Shown: positions 19,192 to 29,602, counted from the first letter of the stretch. The stretch is 64,000 bases of DNA from an uncultured delta proteobacterium (GCA_963822965.1 CAWGJT010000005.1:288001-352000), one strand, 5' to 3'. The notes: generated by a model from the letters alone, not told the origin. Program-made: numbers and translations.

Positions 19192-19220
19192 AGCCTACCG
19201 ACCGATCGGTCGGGTGTCAA
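19192..19220 (-). promoter_or_regulatory. Sigma70 promoter TTGACA-17-TAGGCT with a perfect 16-bp palindrome (ccgaccgatcggtcgg, 19198-19213) in the spacer; probable TetR operator
   Basis: Read directly; the -10 element ends 8 nt before the tetR ATG. Confidence 0.85.
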
Positions 19221-19296
19221 CGGGAAAGCGAACCCAGGACGGGCCCGGACAGTCTACTGACAGAGCGGCGACCGAAGCGTGAATGCGGGGTAGGCT

Positions 19297-21441
19297 GTGC
19301 GCCCCCCCGAATGGCCCCCTGCTCACGACCCGGGTCCGGTCCATGGAAGCGCCTTGAGAAGCGCTGTGAAGAGAGGATCGTTGCCGCACTTCGGGTACAC
19401 CCGCCGGCTGTGCATCGCGATCCTGCTTCCGGCCCTCACGCTGGTGTGGGCGATCGCCCCGCCTGCGCGCGCGCAGATCGACGGCATCGGCGAGCCCGTG
19501 GACCCGGGCCCGGCCTTCCTCGTGAGCCGGTTCACGGTGCGTTATGCGGATCCCCACCCGGACCAGCCGCCCCTGGACCGGATCCTCCCCCTGACCGTCC
19601 GCCTGGGTACGACCCGGAGCGGCTTCGTGGCGCCGCACCCGGACCGGCCTTCGACCACGATCCAGGTGGGGGGCCCTGCGGGCGCCGCCCTCCCCTACCA
19701 CTCCGGTGCCATCGGTGCCGTCGCCAGGGCGTTGCTGGTGGCCCTGCAGCGGGAGGGTCTCCTCGGTGTGTACGTCGAGCCCGATCCGTCGGACCTCGAC
19801 GTCGAGAACGAGCGCGACCTGCGTCCCGCGGGTGACACCGAGCTGGCGCTGGTGGTCACCACCGCCCGGGTGCGGGCCCTGCGCACCATCGCGAGCGGCG
19901 ACCGGGTGAAGAGCGAGTGGCTGATCGACAACGAGATCCACGATCGCATCCGCCGCCACTCGCCCATCCAACCCACGGGCGCCGACTCGGACGACACGAC
20001 GGATCTCGTCGACGCCGACCGGCTCGACGACTATCTCTTCCGACTGAATCGCCATCCCGGCCGACGGGTGGACGCCGCGCTGGCGCCCGCCGAGGACGGC
20101 AAGGGGGTTTCCCTCGACTACCTCGTCACGGAATCGAAGCCCTGGTACGTGTACGCCCAGGTCTCCAACACGGGCACCAGCGCCACCAGCAAGTACCAGC
20201 AGCGCTTCGGCTACGTGAACGACCAGCTCCTCGACCGGGACGACACCCTCACGTTCGAGTACTTCCGCGCCGGGCTCGACGACCTGAACGGCGTGAGCTT
20301 CTCCTACGAGGCGCCGTGGTTCGACTCCGATCGGCCCTGGTGGTGGAGCACGCCGGCCGACGGACCCGACTGGCTCGCCTGGCTCGACCGCTCGAAGCTT
20401 CCCTGGTTCGGCAACGACTTCCTGCGCTGGCGGCTCTTCGGCTCCTACACCAACTCCCAGATCGAGGTTCCCCTGGAAGAGGGCGAGCACGAGACCGTCC
20501 AGGACACGGACTGGAACGTCGGGACCGACCTCATCTACAACGTCTTCCAGTACCGGTCGTTCTTCCTCGACGTCTTCGGCGGTGTCGAAGGACGCGGCGT
20601 GACGATCGACAACGACGCGGCCGTCTCCAAGGCCTCGCGCTTCTTCCTGCTGCCCCAGGGCGGTCTCGAGGCCGAACGCGTGAACCCGCTCTCGAGCTTC
20701 TTCGCCAACCTCACCTTCAGCGGCAGCGTCACCTCCGCCCGCATCACGTCCGTCGAGGAGGGAGGCAACCCGGCCGGCGGCCTCCAGGCCCTGGGCCGCG
20801 CCAACCCCGACGACAAGTGGCTGGTGATGACGGGCGACCTGGGCATCTCCCAGTACCTGGAGCCCCTGCTGAACCCCTCCGGCTGGGACGACCCCAGCAC
20901 CGCCCGCAGCTCCACCCTGGCCCACGAGATCGCCATCGGCGCCCGGGGCCAGTACGCGTTCGGCTATCGCCTGATCCCCCAGGCCGAGCAGGTGGTGGGC
21001 GGGCTCTACAGCGTGCGCGGCTACGACCAGTCGGCGGCGGTGGGCGACAACGTGGTCATCGGCAGCTTCGAGTACCGCTTCCACCTGCCCCACGCCCTGC
21101 CGGTGGACCGCGAGCCGGCGCACCTGCCGCTCTTCGGGGACTTCCGCGTCGCGCCCCAGCAGGTGTACGGCCGGCCCGACTGGGACTTCATCCTGCGGGC
21201 CTTCGTCGACGCGGGCGCCACGTCGTCCAACAAGCGGCTGGACCGGGACCCCATGACGGGCATCAAGCTCGAGCCCAGCGAATTCCTGATGGGCGCCGGC
21301 CTCGGGGCCGAGCTGAGGATCCGAAACAACTTCACCGCCCGGGTCGACTGGGCGACCGCGCTCAAGAGCACGCAGAGCACCACCAACCAGACGGACGCCG
21401 GCGACCAGCAGGTTAACTTTCTGTTCACGATCCTGTATTGA
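19297..21441 (+). CDS. TpsB/FhaC/ShlB-family two-partner secretion transporter (start may be further downstream)
   Basis: Signal peptide, POTRA-like LNRHPGRRV, SNTGT, GGLYSVRGY, FVDAG, MGAGLG, C-terminal aromatic residue. Confidence 0.9.
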   Translation: MRPPEWPPAHDPGPVHGSALRSAVKRGSLPHFGYTRRLCIAILLPALTLVWAIAPPARAQIDGIGEPVDPGPAFLVSRFTVRYADPHPDQPPLDRILPLTVRLGTTRSGFVAPHPDRPSTTIQVGGPAGAALPYHSGAIGAVARALLVALQREGLLGVYVEPDPSDLDVENERDLRPAGDTELALVVTTARVRALRTIASGDRVKSEWLIDNEIHDRIRRHSPIQPTGADSDDTTDLVDADRLDDYLFRLNRHPGRRVDAALAPAEDGKGVSLDYLVTESKPWYVYAQVSNTGTSATSKYQQRFGYVNDQLLDRDDTLTFEYFRAGLDDLNGVSFSYEAPWFDSDRPWWWSTPADGPDWLAWLDRSKLPWFGNDFLRWRLFGSYTNSQIEVPLEEGEHETVQDTDWNVGTDLIYNVFQYRSFFLDVFGGVEGRGVTIDNDAAVSKASRFFLLPQGGLEAERVNPLSSFFANLTFSGSVTSARITSVEEGGNPAGGLQALGRANPDDKWLVMTGDLGISQYLEPLLNPSGWDDPSTARSSTLAHEIAIGARGQYAFGYRLIPQAEQVVGGLYSVRGYDQSAAVGDNVVIGSFEYRFHLPHALPVDREPAHLPLFGDFRVAPQQVYGRPDWDFILRAFVDAGATSSNKRLDRDPMTGIKLEPSEFLMGAGLGAELRIRNNFTARVDWATALKSTQSTTNQTDAGDQQVNFLFTILY

Positions 21442-21461
21442 TGGAGCCGCGAGGAGAAGCG

Positions 21462-24400
21462 ATGCCCTCCCCGAATCCCCAGCCCCGCAGCCGACCGCGC
21501 AAGCGGCGCCGGAAGCAGGCTGCTGTCACCGCAGGGACGCGACCGGCGCTCGGTCGCGTCACCGCGCGCTGGCTGGCCGGCCTCTCCGCGGGCGTCGGGG
21601 TCGGGCTCGCGCTGGCGCCAGCGGTGCACGCCGAGCCGCGCGGTGGGCGGGTGGTGTCCGGCCAGGCCACCGTCACCCAGGAGGGAAGCCACACCCAGAT
21701 CGACACCAGCACCTACCGCACCCGCATGCGCTGGGACAGCTTCGACATCGCCACCGACGAGTCGGTCCACGTGCAGCAGCCCACGTCCCACTCGAGCCTG
21801 CTCAACCAGGTCACGGACGCGCGCGTCACGAACATCGACGGCAGCCTGACCTCCAACGGACAGGTGTGGATCGTCAACCCGGCGGGCGTCTACTTCGGCG
21901 GCAACGCGGTGGTGGACGTGTCCAAGCTCGTGGCCGGCGCCGGCGACATCTCCAACCGCGCCTTCATGAAGGGCGTCCAGCACTTCACGAACCTGCGGGG
22001 CGAGGTGCGCAACGACGGCGTCCTCCACGGCGCGGACGGGGTCTCGCTGCTGGGGCGCGCGGTCAGCAACAACGGTCAGATCGTGACCCAGGGCGGCGAC
22101 CTGGTGATGGCCGCGGGCGACGACATCTGGGTCTCGCGCCGGGACACCCACATCCTGACCCACATGCCCGACGCCGGCGGCGTGACGACGACCCCGGCGG
22201 TGGAGAACACCGGCGTGCTCGACGCCGGCGGCGGCCGGGCACGGATGGCCGCCGGCGACCTGCTGGGCCTCGCGATCCGCAACAGCGGCGAGATCCACGC
22301 CCACCAGATCGCCCTGGAGGCCGGCGCGGGCAGCATCGTCGACGTGTCGGGCACCCTCGACGCCCGGAACGACGCGGCGGACGCGCTCGGCGGCAGCATC
22401 GAGGTGACCGGCGACTGGGTGAACGTCCACGACGCGGAGCTCGACGCCTCGGGCGGCGCGGGCGGCGGCCGCATCCACGTGGGCGGCGAGGTGTTCGGCG
22501 GCCGCGGGGCCGGCCGCGGCGCGAGGAAGGCCAAGCTGCGCAACGCGCGCGGCACCTTCGTCGACGACGACTCGGTGATCCGCGCGGATGCCCTGGCCGA
22601 CGGCGACGGCGGCGAGGTCGTCGTCTGGTCCGACGAGATCAGCCGCGTGAGCGGCGTGCTCTCGGCCCAGGGCGGCGCGCAGGGCGGGGACGGCGGCTTC
22701 ATCGAGACCTCGAGCAAGGGTCGGCTCGACCTGGGGGCGGACGTGAACGTCGGCGCGCCCGCCGGGCGCCCGGGCGCCTGGCTGCTCGACCCGGCGAACG
22801 TCGCCGTGGTGAGCCAGGCGGAGTTCGATCTCGGCGGCGACGACGTCCAGGTCTGTCCCGACAACGACCAGTGCCAGGCGCTGTCGGTCTTCCTGACCGA
22901 CGGGGTCTTCCAGCCCCTCGAGCCGCCGCCCGACGTGCCGAACCCCACGCCGCCCCCCGACACCATGCCCGGCGAGTCCCTGGTCTCCGCCGACAGCATC
23001 GAGAAGGCGCTGCTGCGCGGCGGGAACGTCGTCGTCACCACCCAGGCGATCGCGCTGAACCTCACCACCGACGCCACGGGCTACATCCAGGTGCGCGAGC
23101 CCATCGAGATCGAGAGCGGCTTCGCCGTCGCCCCGAACACCCAGAGCACCCTGCAGCTCTTCGCGGCCGGCGACGTCCTGATCGACGAGCCCATCGCCAG
23201 CGACAATCCCGACCTCGAGCTGTCCCTCGACCTCTTCGCCAACGACAACGACGTCTCCGCGGGTCCCGGCGGCCAGCCCGAGAACCAGGACCAGCTGCGC
23301 TACGGCGACGTGATCGTCAACATGCCCCTGCGCACCATGGGCGGCCGGCTGCGCGCCACCGGCACCAACGTCGAGATCCACGCGGACGTGGACACCACCG
23401 CGGCCGACCCGGACGTGGACGGCGGCACCGTGGAGCTCCAGGCCGAGGACCTGGTGGCGACGGGCCTGCTGAAGGGCCTTCCCGACGGACAGGGCGACGC
23501 CAACCAGTACGGCAACGTCACCGTGGACGGCACCCTGACGACCAACGGCGGCGGCTTCACCAGCGGCGGCGAGCAGTTCACCCAGACCGACGGCCACACC
23601 ATCGACGCCTTCCGCCCCGACCCGGAGGCCGGCAACTCCGGCTTCGTGCAGCTCTTCCACAGCGCCGAGGTCTGGATCGGGGGCGACCTCCGCACCGAGG
23701 TCGTGCGCCTCTTCGCCGCCTCGAGCGGGCTGGGCGATCTCTTCCTCGGCCAGGACCGGACCGGCGCTCCCACCGGCTCCGTGCTCGAGGCGAACCAGAT
23801 CGAGCTCAACGCCGGCGACGGCACGCCCACGGTGAGCAACGACGCCGACGCGCGCATCGTGATCGACGCGAGCACGCACCTGCAGTCGCCGGACGATCCC
23901 ACCGCCACGCCCGAGCGCTTCACCTTCAGCCAGGACGCAAACATCGTCGACGCCGACCTTCCCTCGGCCGGCCAGTTCGGCAGCGGCAGCGTCGCCGACA
24001 TGGTGTACGCCATCACCACCAACGACGGCCGCCTCGAGAACGCGGACATCGAGCTCTCGACGCCGGAGAAGGTGGCGGGCGCCGACCTGGTGCTGATCGC
24101 GCCCGACTCCATCGACGTGCAGGCGGAGATCAACCCGAAGAACGTGCAGCTGGTGCTGTCCCAGAGCTTCACGGTCACCCCGGAGCTCGCCGCCAACCTG
24201 CGGCCCATGGGCGACCCCGCCGAGGGCGACGGCTTCCTGCGCATCCACGCCGGCCGCAGCGGCCAGGGCAATCTCCGCTTCGCCGACGGCGTCGTGCTCC
24301 AGGCCGCGCAGATCGCCCTGCGCGCCGGCGATCCGGACGCCCAGGTCCCGGGGGACAACGGCACGGGCACGACGTCCGAGGTGTTCGCCCGGGGCGAGGG

Positions 24401-27400
24401 CGCCCTCACCTTCCAGGGTCTCGACGACACCTACGGCTCCTTCGAGATCCGCCAGGACGCGAACCTGGACGACCGGAACGTGCCGGACGCCGCTCAGATC
24501 AACGGCGGCGACATCGACGGTCTCGCCTACACGCTGCTCTCCGAGGGCGGCCAGATCGACCTCGACGACCCGACGAAGCTCGCCCGCACCTACCTCACCC
24601 TCACCGCCCTGAACGGCATCACCCTGAACGACCCCATCACCGCCGACGCGCCGCTCAGCGTGCGGAGCGCCGACCTGGGCGGCTTCAACGGCTTCATCGT
24701 CGGCAAGGATCTGCTCTCCCAGATCGACATCGAAGACGACGGGGGACCGCGGGTGCTCACCCTGCGGGCGGGCACGGGCAACCTCAGCTTCCAGTTCAAC
24801 GAGAACATCGCGCCGCCGGGCGAGCCCCTGGACATCGTCGACGTGCAGGTACGGGTGGAGGCGGAGCGCATCGAGCTGCAGGGCGCCACCATCGACGTGG
24901 CCACGGGCACCCCGCTCTTCCAGGTGGACGACGGCACGTCCACCGAGCGGCTCATTCTCCGCTACGGCGGAGAGGTCGCGGACAGCGTGCTCCCCACCGA
25001 GGCCAACTATCCCGACGGTCTCGGCCCGAGCGAGCTCTTCGTCGTCGAGTCGCCGCTCCGGGTGAGCACCGTCCAGGACGAGGGCGGCTGGCAGTTCCCG
25101 GTCCAGGGGGACGTGATCCTCGCGAGCCTGGACGTGAGCGTGGCGCGCAACGACGGCTTCGACCTGGTGCTCACGGATCGCGACAACCTCTGGGGCGACT
25201 CCGTCGCGCTGAAGTCGGTCTTCGAGAGCCAGGGAACCAACCCGGGGCCGCCCATCGTGGGCGGCCGGGTGGACGCGGCCAACGTCGGCTCGATCCGCGG
25301 CTTCGACCCGACCCTCGACTACACCGCCGACGGAACGGTCGCGACCTTGACGCCGGACACCGCCACCAGCGCCTTCTCGATCGAGCAGGACGAGGGCTTC
25401 CTGCTGCGGACGGACCCGGTGAACCGGCTGCCGGACTTCGACGGCGCCGTGGACGGCGACCTGGCGTTCCAGCCGGACGGCTACACCCTCACGAGCCAGA
25501 CGGGCTCCATCGAGGTGGACAACGGCCTGCTCAAGGACACGAACCTCCTGCTACAGCTCGGCGCTCCCGACGACGTCGTGGTCGACTTCGACGGCTCCAG
25601 CGCCCTCGACGTGACGTCGCTGGTGGTCCGGACCAACGGCGAGCTGGTCTTCGGTGCGGACTCCTTCGCGCCCGACGGCACGGCCCTCGGTGACGGCGCC
25701 AACGTCGTCGCCGAGAACGGGATCCAGCTCGAGTCGGGGCTCGACGTACCCGCGCCCGACCCCGAAGACGACAACGCGGACGTCCCCCTCGGCAACCTGC
25801 GCTTCGCGGACGGCGTCGTCCTCGACACCCCGGTGCTCGTCCTCCGGGCCGGGGTCGGCGCCGGCGGATCGACGGAGGCGGTGGTGGACGCGCGCAACGG
25901 CAGCACCCCCGGCAACGCGCCCCAGTTCACGGGGATCGAGTCGTTCGTCGTGTCCCAGGGCGGCTCCGTGGTGAACGGACTGGGCGACGGTGCGGAGCCC
26001 CCCGACACCCTGCTCGGACTGATTCCCAGCCCGGACCAGTTCGCGGACTACGTGCCGGGCTCGGATCCCCTCGACAGCTACGAGATCGAGACCCGGGTGG
26101 GCGACATCGAGATCAACGACCCGAGCGAGCTGCTGATCGCGCGCAGCGTGCGGCTCTTCGCGGGCAGCGACACCGCACCCACCACCATCACGCTGCGCGC
26201 CGACGCACCCGAGACCACCCCCACCTGTGAGACGGCCTGCGCCACCGGGAACGGCCCCGCGAACCTGGTGCTCATCGGTGCCGGCTCCGACGCCGAGTCC
26301 GTGTACCTGCGCGGCCGCCGGATCCTGCTGGAGGCGCCGGCGCCGGGAGGCTACGTGGACGCGGGGGACGAGCGCGTGCTCTTCCAGCTCGTCGGCCCCG
26401 ATCCGGTCTTCGCCATCCGACAGGACGCCCCCGTGCTCGACACGGACGGGAGCCGGCTGCCGGACACCAGCCAGTTCGTCGACGGCCTGGCCCAGACGCC
26501 CTACATCGTGCAGTCGGTGAACGGCATCAGCGTGGGCCGTGAGCTCGCCGACCGGGTGGCGCAGAGCAACCTGGTGCTGGTGGCCGGGCTGCGGGACGAG
26601 GACTTCGAAGCCGCGCTCGGCGGCAAGCGCGGCTTCCCTCCCGTCGCGGATCTCGACGACCCCGAGAACGTGCCGCCCCACGCCTACGACCGCTTCGCCG
26701 ACCGCAACGGCGACGGTCTGGTGGACGAGTCCGACCGAACGCTCTTCGACGCCTTGCCGGACGTCTCCGTGGCGATCGAGGACGACGTCCCGGACCCCAA
26801 CGACCCCTTCGTGCTGCGGCTGCGCAGCCTCGACATCCAATCGCGAGCGGGGGACAGCGCGCCCATCGTCCTGGGCTCGGTGATGATCCAGACCGAGGAG
26901 GACCAGACCTACCGCGACGAGATCCGGCTCACGGGCACCGTGGACGACCCGACGGTGCTCGAGGCCCGGGCCGGCATCCTGCAGCTGCTGAGCCCCACCC
27001 TCACCGCGGACGCCAGCAGCATCACCTTCGAGTACGCGATCGACGGCACCAACGCTTCCGAGCAGGCCCTGGTGGTGAACGCCACCGATCGGATCCAGTT
27101 CCTGAAGGAGATTGGCGCCACCACCCGGCTCGCCCGCCTCCAGATCAACCTCGAGCAGCTGCTGCAGCTGCAGGACCCGCCGCCCACGCCCCGGGCGGAG
27201 TTCGGCAGCGTCGACACCGGCGGCAGCTTCGTCGTCCACGCCGACGAGGTGCTCCTCAACCCCGAGGCCGGCGACCCCGATTCGCGATACGCGCGGCAGC
27301 GCGTCCCGAACGCCGCCACCTTCTTCCGCCGGGGCGGCTCGCTCGAGTTCGACGTCGCAAGCGGCGGCACGTTCACCATGGGCGAGAACGAGAAGCTCTC

Positions 27401-28436
27401 GGTGGACGGCTCCGTGCTCCGCATCGCCGCACCGGGCGGCACCGTCACCGTCGGCGACCTGTCGGCCCTCGACCTCATCGACGTGGACGCCGCCACGATC
27501 CACATCCAGCGCCGGGGAGGCGGCCCCGTCCTGCGGGCGAACGGGCGGAACGAGAAGGACATCGGCGTCGACTTCGTGGCGAACCAGATCGACTTCCACG
27601 ACGGCGCGAACGCCATCCCCACGGCGACCCTGGTGCGCGACCAGGTGGGACACGGCAAGAGCGCCCGCTTCGGCATCGCCGACCCCTACCGGGCGCCGGC
27701 CTTCATGGACGCGTTCTCGGTGGTGGGGCTCGAGTTCAACATCCTCACCGCCGAAGGGCTGGACTTCGGGGACCGCGATCTCGCCATCGACGGCATCCCC
27801 GACGGCATCTCGCGCGTGGCGCTCGCCGACACCTATGCGGACGTGCGGCCCCGGGTGGCGGTCGCGATCCCGGCGGTGCTGCGGGTGCGCGATCCCGACG
27901 CGCTCGATGCGGTCGACCTGCGCCTGCGCGCGCCCACCTCGGCCGAGCTGCGCGCGGCCGCGGGCGGGGCCGCCACGTTCCGCGACCTGGACAGCACCAC
28001 GCGCGATCCGGGGGAGGTCGTCGTCTCCGAGCCCCGCCTCGTCGCCCGCGAGATCGAGCAGACCGCGGCCCTCTACCGGCGTGTCTTCGGCGACGACGGC
28101 AGCCGCGCCGCGTACGTGCGCCAGACCCTGCAGGAAGCCGTGGACGACTACCGGCGCAGCACGGGCGCCCGCCGCATCGTGGGCTTCGAGCTGCGTCGCT
28201 ACGTCTACAACCGGCCGAGCAGCCAGTTCCAGGCCTACCAGGAGCTACAGGGCCTCGATGCCCTGTTCCGCCACCACCGCCGCTCGGGGCTCACCCCCAC
28301 CGAGTACGGCCTGGTCCAGCAGGCGTGGCTCGAAGCGGTGAAGCCCGAGGGCATCACCCTGCGAGAGCTCTCCGAGTTCGTCTATCCCTCGCGCTACGTT
28401 CGGGGCAGCGACGTGCTGGACGTGTTCGGCGACTGA
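21462..28436 (+). CDS. TpsA filamentous haemagglutinin-like exoprotein (~2324 aa)
   Basis: GAGGAG RBS; extended signal peptide; TPS domain (WDSFDI, LNQV, IDGSLTSNGQVWIVNPAGVYFG), GDGGFIETS, WLLDP; acidic beta-rich passenger. Confidence 0.92.
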   Translation: MPSPNPQPRSRPRKRRRKQAAVTAGTRPALGRVTARWLAGLSAGVGVGLALAPAVHAEPRGGRVVSGQATVTQEGSHTQIDTSTYRTRMRWDSFDIATDESVHVQQPTSHSSLLNQVTDARVTNIDGSLTSNGQVWIVNPAGVYFGGNAVVDVSKLVAGAGDISNRAFMKGVQHFTNLRGEVRNDGVLHGADGVSLLGRAVSNNGQIVTQGGDLVMAAGDDIWVSRRDTHILTHMPDAGGVTTTPAVENTGVLDAGGGRARMAAGDLLGLAIRNSGEIHAHQIALEAGAGSIVDVSGTLDARNDAADALGGSIEVTGDWVNVHDAELDASGGAGGGRIHVGGEVFGGRGAGRGARKAKLRNARGTFVDDDSVIRADALADGDGGEVVVWSDEISRVSGVLSAQGGAQGGDGGFIETSSKGRLDLGADVNVGAPAGRPGAWLLDPANVAVVSQAEFDLGGDDVQVCPDNDQCQALSVFLTDGVFQPLEPPPDVPNPTPPPDTMPGESLVSADSIEKALLRGGNVVVTTQAIALNLTTDATGYIQVREPIEIESGFAVAPNTQSTLQLFAAGDVLIDEPIASDNPDLELSLDLFANDNDVSAGPGGQPENQDQLRYGDVIVNMPLRTMGGRLRATGTNVEIHADVDTTAADPDVDGGTVELQAEDLVATGLLKGLPDGQGDANQYGNVTVDGTLTTNGGGFTSGGEQFTQTDGHTIDAFRPDPEAGNSGFVQLFHSAEVWIGGDLRTEVVRLFAASSGLGDLFLGQDRTGAPTGSVLEANQIELNAGDGTPTVSNDADARIVIDASTHLQSPDDPTATPERFTFSQDANIVDADLPSAGQFGSGSVADMVYAITTNDGRLENADIELSTPEKVAGADLVLIAPDSIDVQAEINPKNVQLVLSQSFTVTPELAANLRPMGDPAEGDGFLRIHAGRSGQGNLRFADGVVLQAAQIALRAGDPDAQVPGDNGTGTTSEVFARGEGALTFQGLDDTYGSFEIRQDANLDDRNVPDAAQINGGDIDGLAYTLLSEGGQIDLDDPTKLARTYLTLTALNGITLNDPITADAPLSVRSADLGGFNGFIVGKDLLSQIDIEDDGGPRVLTLRAGTGNLSFQFNENIAPPGEPLDIVDVQVRVEAERIELQGATIDVATGTPLFQVDDGTSTERLILRYGGEVADSVLPTEANYPDGLGPSELFVVESPLRVSTVQDEGGWQFPVQGDVILASLDVSVARNDGFDLVLTDRDNLWGDSVALKSVFESQGTNPGPPIVGGRVDAANVGSIRGFDPTLDYTADGTVATLTPDTATSAFSIEQDEGFLLRTDPVNRLPDFDGAVDGDLAFQPDGYTLTSQTGSIEVDNGLLKDTNLLLQLGAPDDVVVDFDGSSALDVTSLVVRTNGELVFGADSFAPDGTALGDGANVVAENGIQLESGLDVPAPDPEDDNADVPLGNLRFADGVVLDTPVLVLRAGVGAGGSTEAVVDARNGSTPGNAPQFTGIESFVVSQGGSVVNGLGDGAEPPDTLLGLIPSPDQFADYVPGSDPLDSYEIETRVGDIEINDPSELLIARSVRLFAGSDTAPTTITLRADAPETTPTCETACATGNGPANLVLIGAGSDAESVYLRGRRILLEAPAPGGYVDAGDERVLFQLVGPDPVFAIRQDAPVLDTDGSRLPDTSQFVDGLAQTPYIVQSVNGISVGRELADRVAQSNLVLVAGLRDEDFEAALGGKRGFPPVADLDDPENVPPHAYDRFADRNGDGLVDESDRTLFDALPDVSVAIEDDVPDPNDPFVLRLRSLDIQSRAGDSAPIVLGSVMIQTEEDQTYRDEIRLTGTVDDPTVLEARAGILQLLSPTLTADASSITFEYAIDGTNASEQALVVNATDRIQFLKEIGATTRLARLQINLEQLLQLQDPPPTPRAEFGSVDTGGSFVVHADEVLLNPEAGDPDSRYARQRVPNAATFFRRGGSLEFDVASGGTFTMGENEKLSVDGSVLRIAAPGGTVTVGDLSALDLIDVDAATIHIQRRGGGPVLRANGRNEKDIGVDFVANQIDFHDGANAIPTATLVRDQVGHGKSARFGIADPYRAPAFMDAFSVVGLEFNILTAEGLDFGDRDLAIDGIPDGISRVALADTYADVRPRVAVAIPAVLRVRDPDALDAVDLRLRAPTSAELRAAAGGAATFRDLDSTTRDPGEVVVSEPRLVAREIEQTAALYRRVFGDDGSRAAYVRQTLQEAVDDYRRSTGARRIVGFELRRYVYNRPSSQFQAYQELQGLDALFRHHRRSGLTPTEYGLVQQAWLEAVKPEGITLRELSEFVYPSRYVRGSDVLDVFGD

Positions 28437-28484
28437 GCGCCGCGCGAACACCCCGCGTCGCAGACGAACGCGCAGGGAGGTGAC

Positions 28485-28931
28485 GTGACCGCCGAGAACA
28501 CGCCCGCTCCGGGCCCGAGCACCGACGACGAGCTGCGGGAGCTGCTGGCGGCCACGCACACCGTTGCGGTGGTCGGCATGAAGGACGCGGCGTCCGAGGA
28601 CGCGCATCGCGTGCCGCGCTACCTGCAGGAGCACGGCATGCGCATCCTGCCCGTCAATCCGAAGCTCTCCCGCGTGCTGGGCGAGCGCGCCTACGCGTCG
28701 TTGCGGGAGATCGAGGAGCCGGTGGATCTCGTCGACCTCTTCCGGGCCCCGGACCACATTCCGGCCCACGTGGAGGAGATCCTGGCCATGTCGCCGCTTC
28801 CCCGGGCGGTGTGGATGCAGCTGGGCATCGTGCACGGCGGCGCCGCCGCCCGGCTGCGCGCCGCCGGGATCCAGGTCGTGCAGGACCGCTGCATCATGGT
28901 GGACCACCGGCGCCTCTTCCCCGAGCCGTGA
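28485..28931 (+). CDS. CoA-binding domain protein (YccU-like)
   Basis: VAVVG, PVNP, VDLVDLFR, VWMQLGI, DRCI. Confidence 0.9.
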   Translation: MTAENTPAPGPSTDDELRELLAATHTVAVVGMKDAASEDAHRVPRYLQEHGMRILPVNPKLSRVLGERAYASLREIEEPVDLVDLFRAPDHIPAHVEEILAMSPLPRAVWMQLGIVHGGAAARLRAAGIQVVQDRCIMVDHRRLFPEP

Positions 28932-29602
28932 CGGCTCCCAGCGCCACCGGCCCCGAGGCCGTGCAGCCGGGGATCGGACGCGATCGTCCGATCGTCGTGC
29001 CCGTCCACTACGACTTCGCGTCGAGCCTCTGCTACGTCGCGCACCGGGTGATGGCGCGCGTCGCCCCGCGCCTGGCGTTCGCGCCCGACGACCCGGGAAG
29101 GCCCGCGATCGAGCTCCGCTGGACGCCCGTCGATCTCGCCGGCCTGCTGAACTGGCGGCGCGGGGGCATGGTCCCCGACGATCGGCGCGCGAACGTCCTG
29201 CGGGTGGCGCGCGAGCTCCGGGTGCCCGTGCGGGTGCCGCCCCGCTGGCTCGACTCGCGACGGGCGATGGCGGCAGCCCTCGCCCTGGCAGGGAAGGCCG
29301 CGGAGCTGGCGTGGCGGGAACGCGTGCTCACCGCCATCTTCGAGGAGGGGCGGGACTGCGGCGCCCCGGACGAGCTCGAGCGCTGGGCTCGGGACCTGGG
29401 TCTCGCCTTCGACGACGCGATGCTCGAGCGGAACCTCGACGAGCTCGAGCGCCGCACCCGCGCCGCCGCGGAAGTGATGGTGACGGGCGTTCCCACCTTC
29501 ATGCTGGCGGAGTGGCCCATGGGCGGCATCCAGGACGACGACACCATGGTGAGCCTGATCCACCGCTTCGCCCGGCGGGCCCGGGCGCGGGGTGCGCTGT
29601 GA
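28928..29602 (+). CDS. DsbA/FrnE-like thioredoxin-fold protein (SxxC)
   Basis: HYDFASSLCY, VTGVPTF; GTGA overlap. Confidence 0.75.
   Translation: MTAPSATGPEAVQPGIGRDRPIVVPVHYDFASSLCYVAHRVMARVAPRLAFAPDDPGRPAIELRWTPVDLAGLLNWRRGGMVPDDRRANVLRVARELRVPVRVPPRWLDSRRAMAAALALAGKAAELAWRERVLTAIFEEGRDCGAPDELERWARDLGLAFDDAMLERNLDELERRTRAAAEVMVTGVPTFMLAEWPMGGIQDDDTMVSLIHRFARRARARGAL

Noticed and set aside
21462..28931. Contact-dependent inhibition (cdiBAI)
   Set aside because: No pre-toxin motif, and the downstream gene is a CoA-binding protein, not an immunity gene.
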